Part shown: positions 10,186 through 23,100 of the stretch, piece by piece
Layout: each line of letters begins with the position of its first letter
Position numbering within the stretch: position 1 is the first letter of the stretch
NCBI GenBank assembly: GCA_020184695.1
Contig: JAANOX010000037.1
Location: 62,001-126,000, forward strand
Origin: Histomonas meleagridis 2922-C6/04-290x
Lineage: Eukaryota; Protista; Parabasalia
DNA length: 64,000 nt
Direction: 5' to 3'
The notes under the pieces: generated by a model
The model's database searches: none
What the model was told of the DNA's origin: nothing
What the model saw: the letters and a program-made list of their open reading frames with translations, nothing else
Translations under genes and position numbers: made by a program

Positions 10186-11487
10186 TCAAAAAAAATGCCA
10201 ACTAACGAACTTATCCCACATTGCTCCTATCAAATTTGCATGCTCTGTATCTAATTCCATTGCCTCATTTCTTGACAAATTTCCATTTCTTAAAGCCGCC
10301 TCCCTCATAATCAAATCCTTCATAGCCTGATATAAATTGTTATCCAAATTATTTGCATAACAAAAATCTATTTCTTCTTTTAACATTAACTGTTTCATGA
10401 AAGCGCCATCATCTTTACCGTTAATAGCACTACAATATTCTTTAATTCTTTCATTCCATTCATCGACAAGTTCTTTGTCATTTTTATGTGGCCGATTTAT
10501 AATCTTGTTTAAATCATCAAGTAAAAATCCTTCTTCATTTGTTAATACACCACCTGAAATCCACCTTCGGTGTTGTATAATGTAATTATAATACTTGTGT
10601 AAATCATTAACTTCATTATTCATTTCTTGGATTTGTGAACGATCGTAATAAGGAGCTAACGATAGGAAAATTGGATTGATGTCTTTGGTGGTTTCATTCA
10701 ATTTGCTTGAATTCTTCATATGGATCTCCCAATCAATGACAACTTTACGGCGGGAACTACGCTCGGCAAGTTGGGTGTCATAACATAGGAGAACATTAAG
10801 TTTCTTTTCAAGTGTTTCTTCTGTGTCCGTATCATCAAACTGAATCCCATTGATCATCATCTCAGCTTTGTTGTTAAATTCGGTATCAAACTCACCACGC
10901 ATGGGCATGTAGCCACAGTATTCTGCGCCGTTGGTCTTTTTGTCTTTCTGATTAAGTTTGTTGTGAAGATTCTTATCATCTCCCATCGACGGAAGTGATT
11001 CTTGAATGGGATAAATGTCTTGAGATGGAAGATCAAATTCATGTTTGAGTTTCATGTCGGGATGTGGTGAATTTGGAACATCAATGTAGGCGCCATAATA
11101 ATGTGACTCACATTCTTCTTTTGTTTTGGTTTTGCCCATACGTTCCGAAATGTCAACCCAATTTCCAATACCGCAAACTTCAATAGAATCTAATAATTTT
11201 AGCTCTTCTTCTAAACACCAATCTTCTGTAAAAAAATTTTGTGTATAAGGCTCCATAACAATTATTGGATGTTCTTTAAGATGGGTGCCTTTTTCAATTC
11301 CTAATGCAAAACATTCCATACATTGAGTAAATCCTTTGCATCTCGTACATTGAATATGACATTCATTTTCAAGTTTCCTAAAGCAAGTTTCACAATTGCG
11401 TGTTACTTTTATCCTTATTTTACGACTTTTTGGTGGTGATTTCTCATTTGGATCACCGATATTTTTCTTTTTTGATTCGCTCTTCAT
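10186..11487 (-). CDS. ADA2: Transcriptional adaptor ADA2 (SAGA complex)
   Basis: ZZ finger (CETC..CTRC..CMECF..H), SANT domain (WCLEEELKLLDSIEVCGIGNWVDIS) and GYMPMRGEFDTEFNNKAE motif. Confidence 0.9.
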   Translation of the reverse strand: MKSESKKKNIGDPNEKSPPKSRKIRIKVTRNCETCFRKLENECHIQCTRCKGFTQCMECFALGIEKGTHLKEHPIIVMEPYTQNFFTEDWCLEEELKLLDSIEVCGIGNWVDISERMGKTKTKEECESHYYGAYIDVPNSPHPDMKLKHEFDLPSQDIYPIQESLPSMGDDKNLHNKLNQKDKKTNGAEYCGYMPMRGEFDTEFNNKAEMMINGIQFDDTDTEETLEKKLNVLLCYDTQLAERSSRRKVVIDWEIHMKNSSKLNETTKDINPIFLSLAPYYDRSQIQEMNNEVNDLHKYYNYIIQHRRWISGGVLTNEEGFLLDDLNKIINRPHKNDKELVDEWNERIKEYCSAINGKDDGAFMKQLMLKEEIDFCYANNLDNNLYQAMKDLIMREAALRNGNLSRNEAMELDTEHANLIGAMWDKFVSWHFF

Positions 11488-11561
11488 TTGGGTTGGCGGT
11501 TTGTGTGTCCAAATAAACGGTTTTATAAAAAAAGCCGTTAAATCTTAAATCAGGCCAAATA

Positions 11562-12191
11562 ATGTTTGAAAGAATTAAGAATTCTCCAATTACTTTATGT
11601 ATCGCAGTTTTGTCAATTGGGGTATCAGTTCTTTTGAGCCTTAGGATTATAGAACCAGAGCAATTATATTTCAACAAAAATTATATATTTGATGATAAAC
11701 AATATTGGAGATTTTTTACTTCAATTTTCTGTTTCGGAGCACTAAATTTGAAAACATGTTTTAACCTTCATCTTCTTATATCAGATTCATTAGCAATAGA
11801 AAACTCATTTTATAATGGAAAACCTGCTGACTTTCTTTTGTTTATTCTAATTGGTTGGGTTTTCATGTGGGTCTATGCCTCTCGTTCTTCAGTTTTGTTT
11901 CTCGGTAAATCATTTTCAGCATATGTATTTTATTATTGGATAAAGCACAACCCAGATATCCGTTTGATGCTATTTCCAATTCCAATTGGAATCCCTGCGA
12001 CATGGTATTTGTTGGTAATGATTTTAGTCAATAGTCGCGGATTTACAGCAAACATTGTCGGATTTATTGCAGCACATTTTTACTTCTTTGTAAAGGATGT
12101 AATAGGTCTCAGATATAATTTAAATATATTTAGCTTCCCAAGCTATGTTAATAATGCCATAATGTCTTTATTTAAACATTTGTTCTTTTAA
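11562..12191 (+). CDS. DER1: Derlin (Der1-like ERAD membrane protein)
   Basis: LYFN....QYWRFFTS, ENSFYNGKPADFLLF, GFIAAHFYFF; multi-pass membrane protein. Confidence 0.85.
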   Translation: MFERIKNSPITLCIAVLSIGVSVLLSLRIIEPEQLYFNKNYIFDDKQYWRFFTSIFCFGALNLKTCFNLHLLISDSLAIENSFYNGKPADFLLFILIGWVFMWVYASRSSVLFLGKSFSAYVFYYWIKHNPDIRLMLFPIPIGIPATWYLLVMILVNSRGFTANIVGFIAAHFYFFVKDVIGLRYNLNIFSFPSYVNNAIMSLFKHLFF

Positions 12192-12458
12192 TTTTTTATC
12201 TAATGAAAGCAAATAATATTGTTGATAAACTCTTAAAAATAATTAAAATAACTTTTTTTCATATGATTTTGTTAATTGTTTGTTAAAAACTCATATGTTT
12301 AAGCCTTTATTTCCAAATTCTTTTTCTTTATCTCTTATAAAGGTTTGTTGATACATAAAGACTCAAATCTAATGAAAATCAATGGCTTTCTAACAAGAAT
12401 TATTTTTTTAAATTGGAAGGAATTACGACCGTTTATATGCACTTTTATTTACAAAAAC

Positions 12459-13121
12459 ATGCAATCAGCCACTCCATGTGCAATGGATTTAAGCAATTGC
12501 ATTATCCAAAAGAAAGATACCGTAACAATTCCTCCTTTGAATGATCCACAACTTCAAAATGTTGCAATGTCATTAATTGAAGCTGTTAAATCACAACTTT
12601 CCGAATTAAAACTTGCTGATCTCTATTCACAACAACTAGAAGGAGACCGACGTTCTCAATTCATCTCTGAATTTTTATATCATTGGTCAGGCGTTGATTC
12701 AAAACCACCAGAGCCATTGATTGAGTCATCCAAGAATTCATTACACACAATCATTAACGAATTCGCTGAGAAACAAAAGGTTGATCCTTTAACTCTTTCA
12801 CAAATCATTGGTCCATTATTACCTTATCTCACATCAGTTTCTGAAGTGGAAAATTTCAACAATTTTCTAGCTAGGCATATGGGAACTGATCCAACTGTCC
12901 CAGAAGAAGAAGCAAACATGATAGACTTGGCAACACTCGGATCAATAATTTCTGAAATTTCAGTCAATCCATCAGAAACAAACAAAGAAATCCAACAGCT
13001 TCAGGGAGAGAAACTCAAAGAGATCCAAAAAGCATTTGATGAATGTCTTGGACCATATCCAGAAGAAAATTATCTTTCAGCTAAAGAAGAATTTGAAACT
13101 GAAGCATTACTTAATAGATAA
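12459..13121 (+). CDS. Hypothetical helical protein
   Basis: Long ORF with coding-like composition; ATG at 12459 (or the next Met). No family recognised. Confidence 0.65.
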   Translation: MQSATPCAMDLSNCIIQKKDTVTIPPLNDPQLQNVAMSLIEAVKSQLSELKLADLYSQQLEGDRRSQFISEFLYHWSGVDSKPPEPLIESSKNSLHTIINEFAEKQKVDPLTLSQIIGPLLPYLTSVSEVENFNNFLARHMGTDPTVPEEEANMIDLATLGSIISEISVNPSETNKEIQQLQGEKLKEIQKAFDECLGPYPEENYLSAKEEFETEALLNR

Positions 13122-13745
13122 GCAAATTTAATTGTGCTTTAAATGGAGAAATGTTTTTAATAAAAAGGAATTTATGAATATTTAATTTTTTTTGAATTTA
13201 CCTTAGTTTGCATATCCTAAAAATCATTTTACTTCCATTTAGAGTAAAAAGTCTTTCTGATTTTTCATCAGTAATTAAATAAAATTAAAATCCTTAAATA
13301 GTTTTATGACAATAAATTGGAGAAACTATCCATCCTTGTGAAATATAAAATTTGATATATTTAATAAGGGATAGAATTTTATATTTACATGAAATTCAAA
13401 TTATTAAAGAATCATCAAAGATTGGAAATTTCTTAACAATTTGAAAAATAACCAAAAAATTATGTTTTTTATCTTATTCTGCAAACAACTAACTTGTTTA
13501 TGCATTCGAACAAAAGGGAATCTATCGATATAAGTTAAAAATATTAATATGTTTTACTTAAAATTGATAATAGAAGAAATGTATCACCTCAGCCTGGAAT
13601 CGAACACTATGCAAATTTCCACATGAAGCAGCAGTAAAAACATCAGTAACATAAACAAATTACCAAAATGATACCAAAAATTTTGTCAAGTGTTTAACAA
13701 CGAATTATATAAACAAATGAATGAAAATTCCTAATATAAAAACAT

Positions 13746-14858
13746 TTAGAAACACTTGCGATGAACAATTCCCGGTCCGAATTCATCGTATTCTTCACGC
13801 GTTGTAACCATCTGTGGGAATGTAGAGAGTGACGCAAGTTTACGTCCGCCAATCCACGCAGAATATTTGCGTTCTGGTGGTGAAACAACTTTGATCCTCA
13901 TCGTAGTTGGTGCAAGATTAAGCATTTCGTTCTCGATACGTTCTGCAAGTCCTTCAAACATCGTGTTGCCGCCTGATAGAAGAATGTTCCCAAAGAGATC
14001 CTTGCGGACATCAGCGCCGCATTCCATAATTGATGCAAAAAGACATTGATCAATGCCGTCGAAGTCAAATCCTCCAAAATGTGGCTGAAAAAGAAGTTCT
14101 GTACATCTGAAGCGCTCATTGCCAATGCTGATGACGTCACCATTCGGAAGTGTGTATGAGATATCACATTCTGATGTTGTGTCTGCTTTTGCAAGTTCTT
14201 CATCATAATCAAGTGCAACGTATGCAATGATTTCTTTGATATCACGAACAACTTTCCTTTCGTTGAATGTGGTAAGGTAGCCACGTTGGTTAAGGATCTT
14301 TTGGAGATACAACGTAATGTCAAATCCTGCAATATTGAAACGCTTAGTGGCGTGCGGGAAAGAGTAACCTTCGTAAATTGGAACTGAATAAGAAGCACCA
14401 TCACCTGACTCTAGAACAACACCAGTGACACAATCTGTTGAATAAAGGGAAAGAACAGGTTGCGTACAAATGCAGCATGCTGGAACATTGAATGTTTCAA
14501 TTTGGAGTTGGAGCATCTTTTCACGATTGGCTTTTGGATTCTTTGGAGCCTCTGTAAGAAGAACTGCGTGCTCTGCTGGGTCAACACGTAATTCTTTGTA
14601 AAAGATATATTGCCAAATCCGTTCCATATCGTCCCAGTTTGTAACAATACCATGACTAACCGGGAACTTAGTTAAAAGGAGACTTGGGTGAGAACATGTT
14701 TCATCACCAACATACGTGAGCTCAAAATTTGAAATATACTTTGGTCGACGTAAAGCAGTTTGTAAAACTGAGCGTGGTGCTTCATCACAGGCAAAACCTG
14801 ATTTGCACGTATCAGAACCATTGTCTATTACAATTGTTCGAAATTCTTCACCATTCAT
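13746..14858 (-). CDS. Divergent actin / actin-like protein
   Basis: IVIDNGS, LLTEAPKNPKANREKM, VPIYEGY, LLSGGNTMF, PPERKYSAWIGG, IVHRKCF. Confidence 0.92.
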   Translation of the reverse strand: MNGEEFRTIVIDNGSDTCKSGFACDEAPRSVLQTALRRPKYISNFELTYVGDETCSHPSLLLTKFPVSHGIVTNWDDMERIWQYIFYKELRVDPAEHAVLLTEAPKNPKANREKMLQLQIETFNVPACCICTQPVLSLYSTDCVTGVVLESGDGASYSVPIYEGYSFPHATKRFNIAGFDITLYLQKILNQRGYLTTFNERKVVRDIKEIIAYVALDYDEELAKADTTSECDISYTLPNGDVISIGNERFRCTELLFQPHFGGFDFDGIDQCLFASIMECGADVRKDLFGNILLSGGNTMFEGLAERIENEMLNLAPTTMRIKVVSPPERKYSAWIGGRKLASLSTFPQMVTTREEYDEFGPGIVHRKCF

Positions 14859-15153
14859 TCAAACAAATTTTTGAATTAATTAATCAATGAATTCATTGAA
14901 AATTTTGACATTTCATTGGGTGGCTTCATTCTTCTATTCATGTATCATAGGATATGATAATCACGAAATTTTGAATATATCAAATTATTATTATTCCATT
15001 TAGAAAATTCTCGAAAGACAGTGATCAATTTTTGATGGAAATACAAATTTGTACATACAACTTGCTGAAGATTTATTTGGAATTAAATTCAATCAAAACC
15101 GATCAAAAGTGCCTGAGAAAAATCCTATCACCTTGCGATAGAAAAGAGAAAGG

Positions 15154-16989
15154 ATGAATTGGAATACCATTTGCACAGAATCTGTTTTCCCTTTTCTTTC
15201 GACAGTTATTTTCCAGGGCTTATCTTCAATTGGGATGCTTTTATTTGAAAATGGTTCCTCTATATGGTACAAATTATTTTTCGGATTTTTAGGATCTTTT
15301 TTTGCATCTTTACTATTGGTCAAATTTGTACCTCATCTAAGGTCTAGTGCTAAGGATGAACTTACACCAACAAATTTTCGATATACCATAATACCTACAG
15401 AAATCAATTATTTTATTTATTTACTATTGGTTGCATTATTCAAACTTCTAAGTGCTTCTTCATTTTTATATGCAAGAGGTACAAGTCCAATTGGTAATTC
15501 CACATCCTTTATAATTATTCGTCTACTTTTTCTTATGTTTTCTAAAGAAATTCGTATGACAGAAATTGGCAAGCTTATATCCATGTCTTTTATTTTGCTA
15601 TCCATTCTTATAATATCAGTAACAACACGTATGAAATTATTTTTTATTATTTTATCAATTATTTTTCATTGGCTTAGCTTACTCTATACCAAAATGGCCA
15701 CTCCAGGACTTCATAGTGAGCAATCAGTTTCATTATCATCCACATTAATCAGTTCGTTGATGTCATTATTCTGCTCTCTTTTTATTGAGAAGTTTACATT
15801 TGATTTTTCAATGGTTGAAACTATCGTTGGCGGGATTTTTCTATTCACTCCACCGATCATCCACCAACGTGTAAAGTATCGCATTCTTCAAAAGCGAGTA
15901 ATTTGTGCATATACCTTCATCCCATATCTCTATGGAGTCATCCATCATCTTATAACGAACAAGAACAAATCTATTCCTCCGTCCATTTTTTTTTCTGAAG
16001 TCATTGCATTTCTTTCATGTAATTTTATCAATATTAAATCAAACGCCGAGGTAATAATTCGACCATTTCTCACCACTAAAAGCACAATTCATTTTATTAC
16101 ATCCATAATATCGATCATAATTTCAATTTATCAATATACGAATGGAAATATTTATCATCAAATTTGGCGTATTAATGATTCATTATATTATATTGCTTTA
16201 TTACATTGGACACTTATTGATATCATTAGTTCAATACAACGAAACTCATCAAATAATTTCACATATGGAATTGGACGAATACTTCAAATTATTCAATTTT
16301 CGATTTGTATTTTTTGTATATTTTCACAATTAATGATATATAAAAACATATTATTAACATCGAACGTAAAACTTCAAAAAGTTTCATTCACTAAATCAAT
16401 TCCAACAATAATTTGTCATGTTTTAATGATATTTTTCTTTGTATCTTTTCCACGTAAGAAAGAAAAAACAAAAGAATCAATGATAAACGCAATTAACTTC
16501 AACAAAAAATCAAAAAATAATAATAATAACAATTATAATACGATACTTTTTAATGATATTTTTTCTTTGGTTTTGTCTTTTGTGGCTTCTTTTTGTAATA
16601 ATATTATTTTGGATAAAGTATTCGTGATTTTGTTCTCGTTCATTGTGTTTAATTTGGCGCTTCCTGCATTGGCCGATTCCGTGTCGTTACTAATGCAATG
16701 TACACCAAATAATTTGGCTTCGAAATTGGCCGATATTAGAAATGAGTTAAGTAGATGTAAATGTGTGTTAGAAATTGTATACTTTAACGTATGGCAAAAC
16801 GACGAAAATTTAATTGTCGGAACTTTGTGCATCAGAATAGACCCGAACTTGTGCCAGAAGACACAGGAGTTTCTGATGTACATTATATCCATTTGTCAAA
16901 AAGTAGGAATACTCGACGTGACGGTGGAAATAATCGACAGAAGTTCGGATGTTGTGGCGTCAAAGCAATTGTCTTATAAACGAATGTAA
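15154..16989 (+). CDS. Cation diffusion facilitator (ZnT5/7/Msc2-like) family membrane protein, divergent
   Basis: Many TM segments; C-terminal LLMQCTP...FNVWQ....VGTLCIRI..DVTVEI matches the CDF cytosolic domain pattern. Confidence 0.6.
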   Translation: MNWNTICTESVFPFLSTVIFQGLSSIGMLLFENGSSIWYKLFFGFLGSFFASLLLVKFVPHLRSSAKDELTPTNFRYTIIPTEINYFIYLLLVALFKLLSASSFLYARGTSPIGNSTSFIIIRLLFLMFSKEIRMTEIGKLISMSFILLSILIISVTTRMKLFFIILSIIFHWLSLLYTKMATPGLHSEQSVSLSSTLISSLMSLFCSLFIEKFTFDFSMVETIVGGIFLFTPPIIHQRVKYRILQKRVICAYTFIPYLYGVIHHLITNKNKSIPPSIFFSEVIAFLSCNFINIKSNAEVIIRPFLTTKSTIHFITSIISIIISIYQYTNGNIYHQIWRINDSLYYIALLHWTLIDIISSIQRNSSNNFTYGIGRILQIIQFSICIFCIFSQLMIYKNILLTSNVKLQKVSFTKSIPTIICHVLMIFFFVSFPRKKEKTKESMINAINFNKKSKNNNNNNYNTILFNDIFSLVLSFVASFCNNIILDKVFVILFSFIVFNLALPALADSVSLLMQCTPNNLASKLADIRNELSRCKCVLEIVYFNVWQNDENLIVGTLCIRIDPNLCQKTQEFLMYIISICQKVGILDVTVEIIDRSSDVVASKQLSYKRM

Positions 16990-17191
16990 TGTAATAAATA
17001 ATATTTGCAGATGTAAATTATTTTTAATCATTCATAATATTTGCATGTGTATCGTAGAGGTTATCAATTGAAAATATATCGGTTTTAATTCAAATCTCGG
17101 CTATCGTTCTATCGTTATATAACAGCACAAATTTATTAAATTCGATATAATATATAATATAGAGTTTATTCAGTTATAAAATGAATTTTCT

Positions 17192-20100
17192 TCATTTGTT
17201 TAGCTGAAGAGGAACTAAGTGAAGAAGACCTTTGCGAGTAAACACAAATAGGCAGTTCCATTCGTTCGAGTACGCAATGTACTCAACGTTTGAGCAAGAA
17301 GAGAAACTGATGTTTGACATTTCGAGGTAAAATGCCTCACAAATAAAAAGATTTGATTGATCATCGACAATTGCAATGTAATCAAATCCGTTGAAGCTTC
17401 TCCATGTACACCAATAAGAGATGTCAAAGGTAATTTGCTTTGATTTTATGATTTTTCCAGATGGACTAATAACAATTAATTTTGATCGAGTGTGAACAAC
17501 AGTGAAACCCCATGACTCTGTAATGAGTATCTTAATGGGCGTTTCTGAGATGTTGAGAATGAAGTGAAGATTCGATTTAAAATCAAATGATTGAATATAT
17601 CCTTCAACTGTACCACATGAAACAGTTTGAAAACGCTGACTTATTGCAAATGATGATACAGTATCATTAGTTATTAGAACTTTTCCTTTAAGTTTACTCG
17701 AACAAAAATCGAAAATTGAAATGTTTCCAATTTCATTTAAAATGCCAACCAATCGTCCCGAAAATTGAATGTTTTTAATTGTACCAAATTTGAATGACAA
17801 CTCCTTTGAAATCCTATCGGTTATTATTATCAAATTCTTATCGTCAAACAGCCCAAAACCGTTTTGTATAGTTCTCAAATTTGTGTTGTTCAATACGGTT
17901 TTTACGGTTATTTGATTTTTTTGTAAATTTTGTTTTTTATTCGAAACATCAATTTTTAAATCACAAAATGCATAATTTGATTTCATTGCAAGGAAAGTTA
18001 CTGTAGAATTTTCTAAGGTAATGTATGCTAAGCTAATAATCTCTTTATCGATATTTATAATTTGATTTGAATTAATTATTAAATTTTTGTTTTTGCTCTT
18101 TTTCGGATGTTTCGAAGTAAATATTTGCGTTGGCATTTGTCCGCATTTTTGGAGATTCTTTTTTATAGTTTCATTTGATATATCGAAATCATTCCAAACT
18201 GAATCGAACAAATTTTTGGAATATTTACTTTTAATGTTATTAACTCCGAACATTAAATCGATCCAATGATTTAAATTATCGGATATTTCATCAGATTCCA
18301 AAACTTTTCTGTTGAAATATACAAATTCATCCGAAGTCATTCTTCGATTTTTAATGTTTGGCAATTGCACATTATCGAAGAAATCCGAAGCGAAGAAGAA
18401 TTCCGGCGTTAGTTCATATGAATTATTATCTTTTATAGATTCTTTAAATGCATCTTCAATTGATTCCATTTTATTTCTATAGCCAAGTAAATCATAAGGA
18501 TAAATATGTGACAAATAATATGATATTATATATGGATTTGAAGGTCCATTTCTAAATTCACAATTAAAATTTAAATTAATAGGTTTCGTTAAATCACGTA
18601 TTGTATTATTCTCATAATCAGTTATCACCCATGGAAATATTGGATATAATGAACAATCATGAAATGTTCTTCCAGCAAATTGATTTAAAAACATAATGTA
18701 TTCAAAATTTGATAAACGGCCGCTTTGCCACTTTTGCGTAATTCCTGTTGATTCAATGTAACTTGAAAAAGTTTCTGTTTGAATTGGAATAGTCGTAAAC
18801 TTTTGAATTGCATGTACAACTTTGTTAATTTCTTTTTGATCAAAATCAATTAAAAAAGAATTACCTGTCGTCAGACAAAATTCAAAAGAATTAAATAAAT
18901 GAAATCGGTTTTTCTTGTAAACATTTGTAACTTCATTAAAATCGATAATTTTATGAAAATCAGAAGAAATTAAATGAATTGATTTATTATCAATCGAAAA
19001 TATAATATTCTTTGTGTTAGAAATTCGAACTTTTTTACATTTTATCGAAAACAAATGTTTATCATAATCGATCTTCATATTCAGATTCGAATTTTGTGGT
19101 ACACGAGAAGACATTTTATAAAATGGCTGAACAAAACCTGAACAATATTTAAATATTTTATGTTTTCTCTGTAAATTATTGTTATATTTCCACGGAGTTG
19201 TTTCATTCATTTGCTTTTGTATTAAATGATGAAACTTTCGATAATTTTGTAAATTGTTTTGAACATTTTCAATTTCTTCAAATTTAACATTTGTTTCATC
19301 GAAGAATATATTATTATTAAATCTTTTGATCAGTAAATCCCTAAAGTCTAATAATCGATAAGATAAATATTCGATATTATTTAAATATTTTGGAATTGCA
19401 TTTAATAAAAATTCATTAATTTCAATTGTCTTATTTTTAGTTGTTAAATATATTAAAATTTTTTGTAATTTTTCTATTTGTTTATCGTTAATTTCGCTAT
19501 TTAATAACATATTTATATAATTCGTGTCAATTAATTCTCCTTTTTGATTAGTTAATAATGAAAATGAATAACTTTGTATCATTTCATTATCTTTTATTAT
19601 ATTATATAAATCAGAAAAAAGTTTTATTTTAATTTTCGAATTATTTTTTATAATATTCGTTTTAAAAGGTGATTTTTCTATTAAAAATTTTAGTGATTTA
19701 GAAATATTTTCATTTATTAAATGTAATACTATAAATTTAAAACATCTCTTAAACATATTAATGTCATTTTTTTCTTCATAATATAAAAACAAAATTTTTT
19801 TGCCAATTTTTTCTACATTTGGAAAACCTAATGACGTTAACAGATCAACGATAGATATAAACTTATCAATTACAGTATAATTGAATGCTTTATCCATAAC
19901 GTTTTTTATAAATTTAATTACTAAATCGAAATAATCCTTTTTAAGATTAGTAATTAATATCAAAGGCCAAATTGACCAAATTTGATTTGTAACGCTTAAA
20001 TTTTTAGGTATATTTAATTCACTTAAAATTTTTGCGATTTCAATTTCTTTATTTAAATTTAATGCAATTAATATACACAAAGGATATATCAATTGATAAT

Positions 20101-23100
20101 TATAAACAATTTTAATACATTTATTCCATAATTTTATTGTAAAAAAATCTTCATTTAATAACGTTAATATTTTTTCCAAATGTAAATAAAAGTTTTTAAT
20201 ATCAATTTGATGAATTATTTTTAATGTAATTATAAAACGTTTTTCTTGTTTCGATTTAATTTGTTGATATAATAACTTACATAACATTGATTTATTATAT
20301 TTTATATTGTTAATAATTTCAAGTAGAAAACTTAGAAATGAATTAACACCTTTAATATCATTACAAGTTGTACATAATGACATTAAATAAATTAAATTTT
20401 CTTTGGTAAAACTTTGATTAATCAAAGCTTTTAATATATTATATAAATATTTTCTACAATTTTTTATATTTATATTTTTAGTACGTAATCTATTTGATGT
20501 ATTAAATCCTTTAATTATATCAACTTCGATAGGATCAAACCAAAGATATATTCGAATTAATGAAATAATTTCATTAAATTTCGGTAAATAACTTAAATAT
20601 AAAATATATAAATTAGTTCCCCAATCTTTGATAATTGATTCGAATGAATTCGATGTATACCATAAATCGAAGTTAAATAATATGTTATTAATTAAAGACT
20701 TACAAAACATTTCATTATTACTTGATGATAAAATCGAATAAAACTTTAAATATATTTGATATGTTAAGTTTTGTATATTATTTTCTATTAATATATATGA
20801 AATTAATGAAAAATATTTATAAATGTATTGATAAGAATTAGAAAAACATATTATGTAATATAAAAAGTCTAAAAATGTTTCATGAAAATTTTTCGGATAT
20901 TTATCAAAGTATATAAAAAATGGGATTAATAATTTCATTATCTTTTTCATGGAGAATATATCAAAGATATTTGAACGTAATGGATAACATTTGATTTGTT
21001 CCATTGTAATTTTTCCATTATTATTATTATGAACATCATATAATATTTCATCATTATTATATATCTTTAAGTAATTAACTTCGGAATAAAAATTACTTTG
21101 ATTATGTAAAGAGCCAAAAATTATTAATAAATTTTCGTTTTCTTTTTCATATGGATAAAAATCTATTGGAAATGTCGATGGATCTCCTTCATCATGACTT
21201 GTTTCAATTTTTATATATATTTCATTATTCATATTTTTTTTAATAGAAAATTTTAATGTTACGACATCAGAAGGGAAATTTTCATATAAAAATGTTTGTA
21301 ATATTTTTTGTACGAATTTAGTTTCTAATACAATTGATTTACCTTGTGAACATAAGTAAAAACCATTACATTTATTATTATATATTCCGAATATTATCGA
21401 TTTTGTATTAGTTATTTCTGAATGAATTTTTATATCGAATTTAAATGTTATACCTTTTTCTAATTGTAATATATTTATATTCTTTAAAGTTATTTCTTTA
21501 TTCCCTAATAATATAATTTTATAATATAATTTGGAGAAATTTATCAAAAAATTATTTAATATTTCAAACCAAAAATTTATTTCTTTTGTTGATATGACTT
21601 TAATTATATTTGAAATTATTTGTGGATCTGTTAAATATTGAGAAATCAAAACAATGTTTGGAATTACAATGTTTTTTATTACATTTTCATCAATTTTTAA
21701 ACTAAATTCATATCCATGAAATTTAAATGTATTATTATTATAATTTAATATAAGTTTTAATAAAAATAAGTCATATTCACCTTGATGACATTGAATACAA
21801 TTAAAAATCGAATAATTACATGATTTGTAAAACATTTTCAAATATTTTTTAGTGTTATTTTTATCGTTAATTATACTAAAAAATAATAATATTAAATTCG
21901 GTATCTTAATTAAAAACATTTGTTTCAAATATATTCGATTACGAGAAATAATATATAACAAATTATTAATTGTTTGTTCATTTGTATCAATGTTTTTAAT
22001 TGTTAAATATAAATTTAATGTTTGTGTTTTAGTTATATTAAAATTTTGATTATTTATTGATAAATTTTTAAAGAAATTTAAAGTTTTATCAAAAAATTCT
22101 TTAGAATTATATTTATTATTGGTTTGAATAATTGAAGGAATTAATTTTATACATTTTTCAGATAATTTCGGATTATAACATAATGAAATATTAATACATT
22201 TTAATAATTTTAATGGTAATTTATGATATTTCATATTAATTATTTTATGAATAAAATTAATTAACTTTTTTACCTTTGTTTCAGATTTATTTTGTAAATA
22301 TTTCTGTATATATGATATGATTTTATCTTCTAACGAAGGTTCAAATATTCTCAATAAAAAACATTTTAAAAATTCAAATGAACAAAAACATTCTTCAATT
22401 AATGTTTGATCTTCTAATAAAGTAAATAAATATATTAATATTATACTTTTAGCATTTTGAATTATTTGTTGTGAATTTTGAGTTTTTTTATAAAATAAAT
22501 CAAGAATAGTTAAAACATAATTTATGGAATTTAATGTCTTATCATTAATTAAAACATTTTTACCAAAGAAATTAAGTTTAATGGTGATATAACCAATGAT
22601 TTCAGAAAACAAAAATGGATTCTGTTTGTACTTTTGTAATAATCTATTCAAAAAGTTCGAGTTTTCAGTAATTATTATATCAATCGAATTTATCCGTAAA
22701 AAACGAATTATTTCGAAGTTTTCACATTTATTATATAATGTAATCTTATAGTTAAATATATTTTCAGATATTAAAATCTTAAAAATCGATTTATTATTAA
22801 TTTTATAGTTTAATTTCATTAAAAAATATTGGAAAATTAGATATAAAAATATGTTTTTTTCATTATTTTCATCTATAAAAACATTTAAGAAACCATCAAA
22901 AAATGAATTTATATATTCAGATAACGATTTCATTAATAAATTGGAAATGTTTTCAATTGATCCAATTTCATCCTCAATGAATTCAAATGTTAAATTCGTG
23001 TCAAACTCCGAATCGTTTAAAGGATTTAAACCATTTGGAAGTGTATCTTCTTCTTCAATTTTAAATATTATTTCAAATGATTCTTCTATCAAATTATTTT

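Noticed and set aside
13583-13612. tRNA-like fragment (minus strand GTTCGATTCCAGGCTGAGGTGA)
   Set aside because: It has a T-loop-like motif only; the T stem does not pair and no cloverleaf forms.
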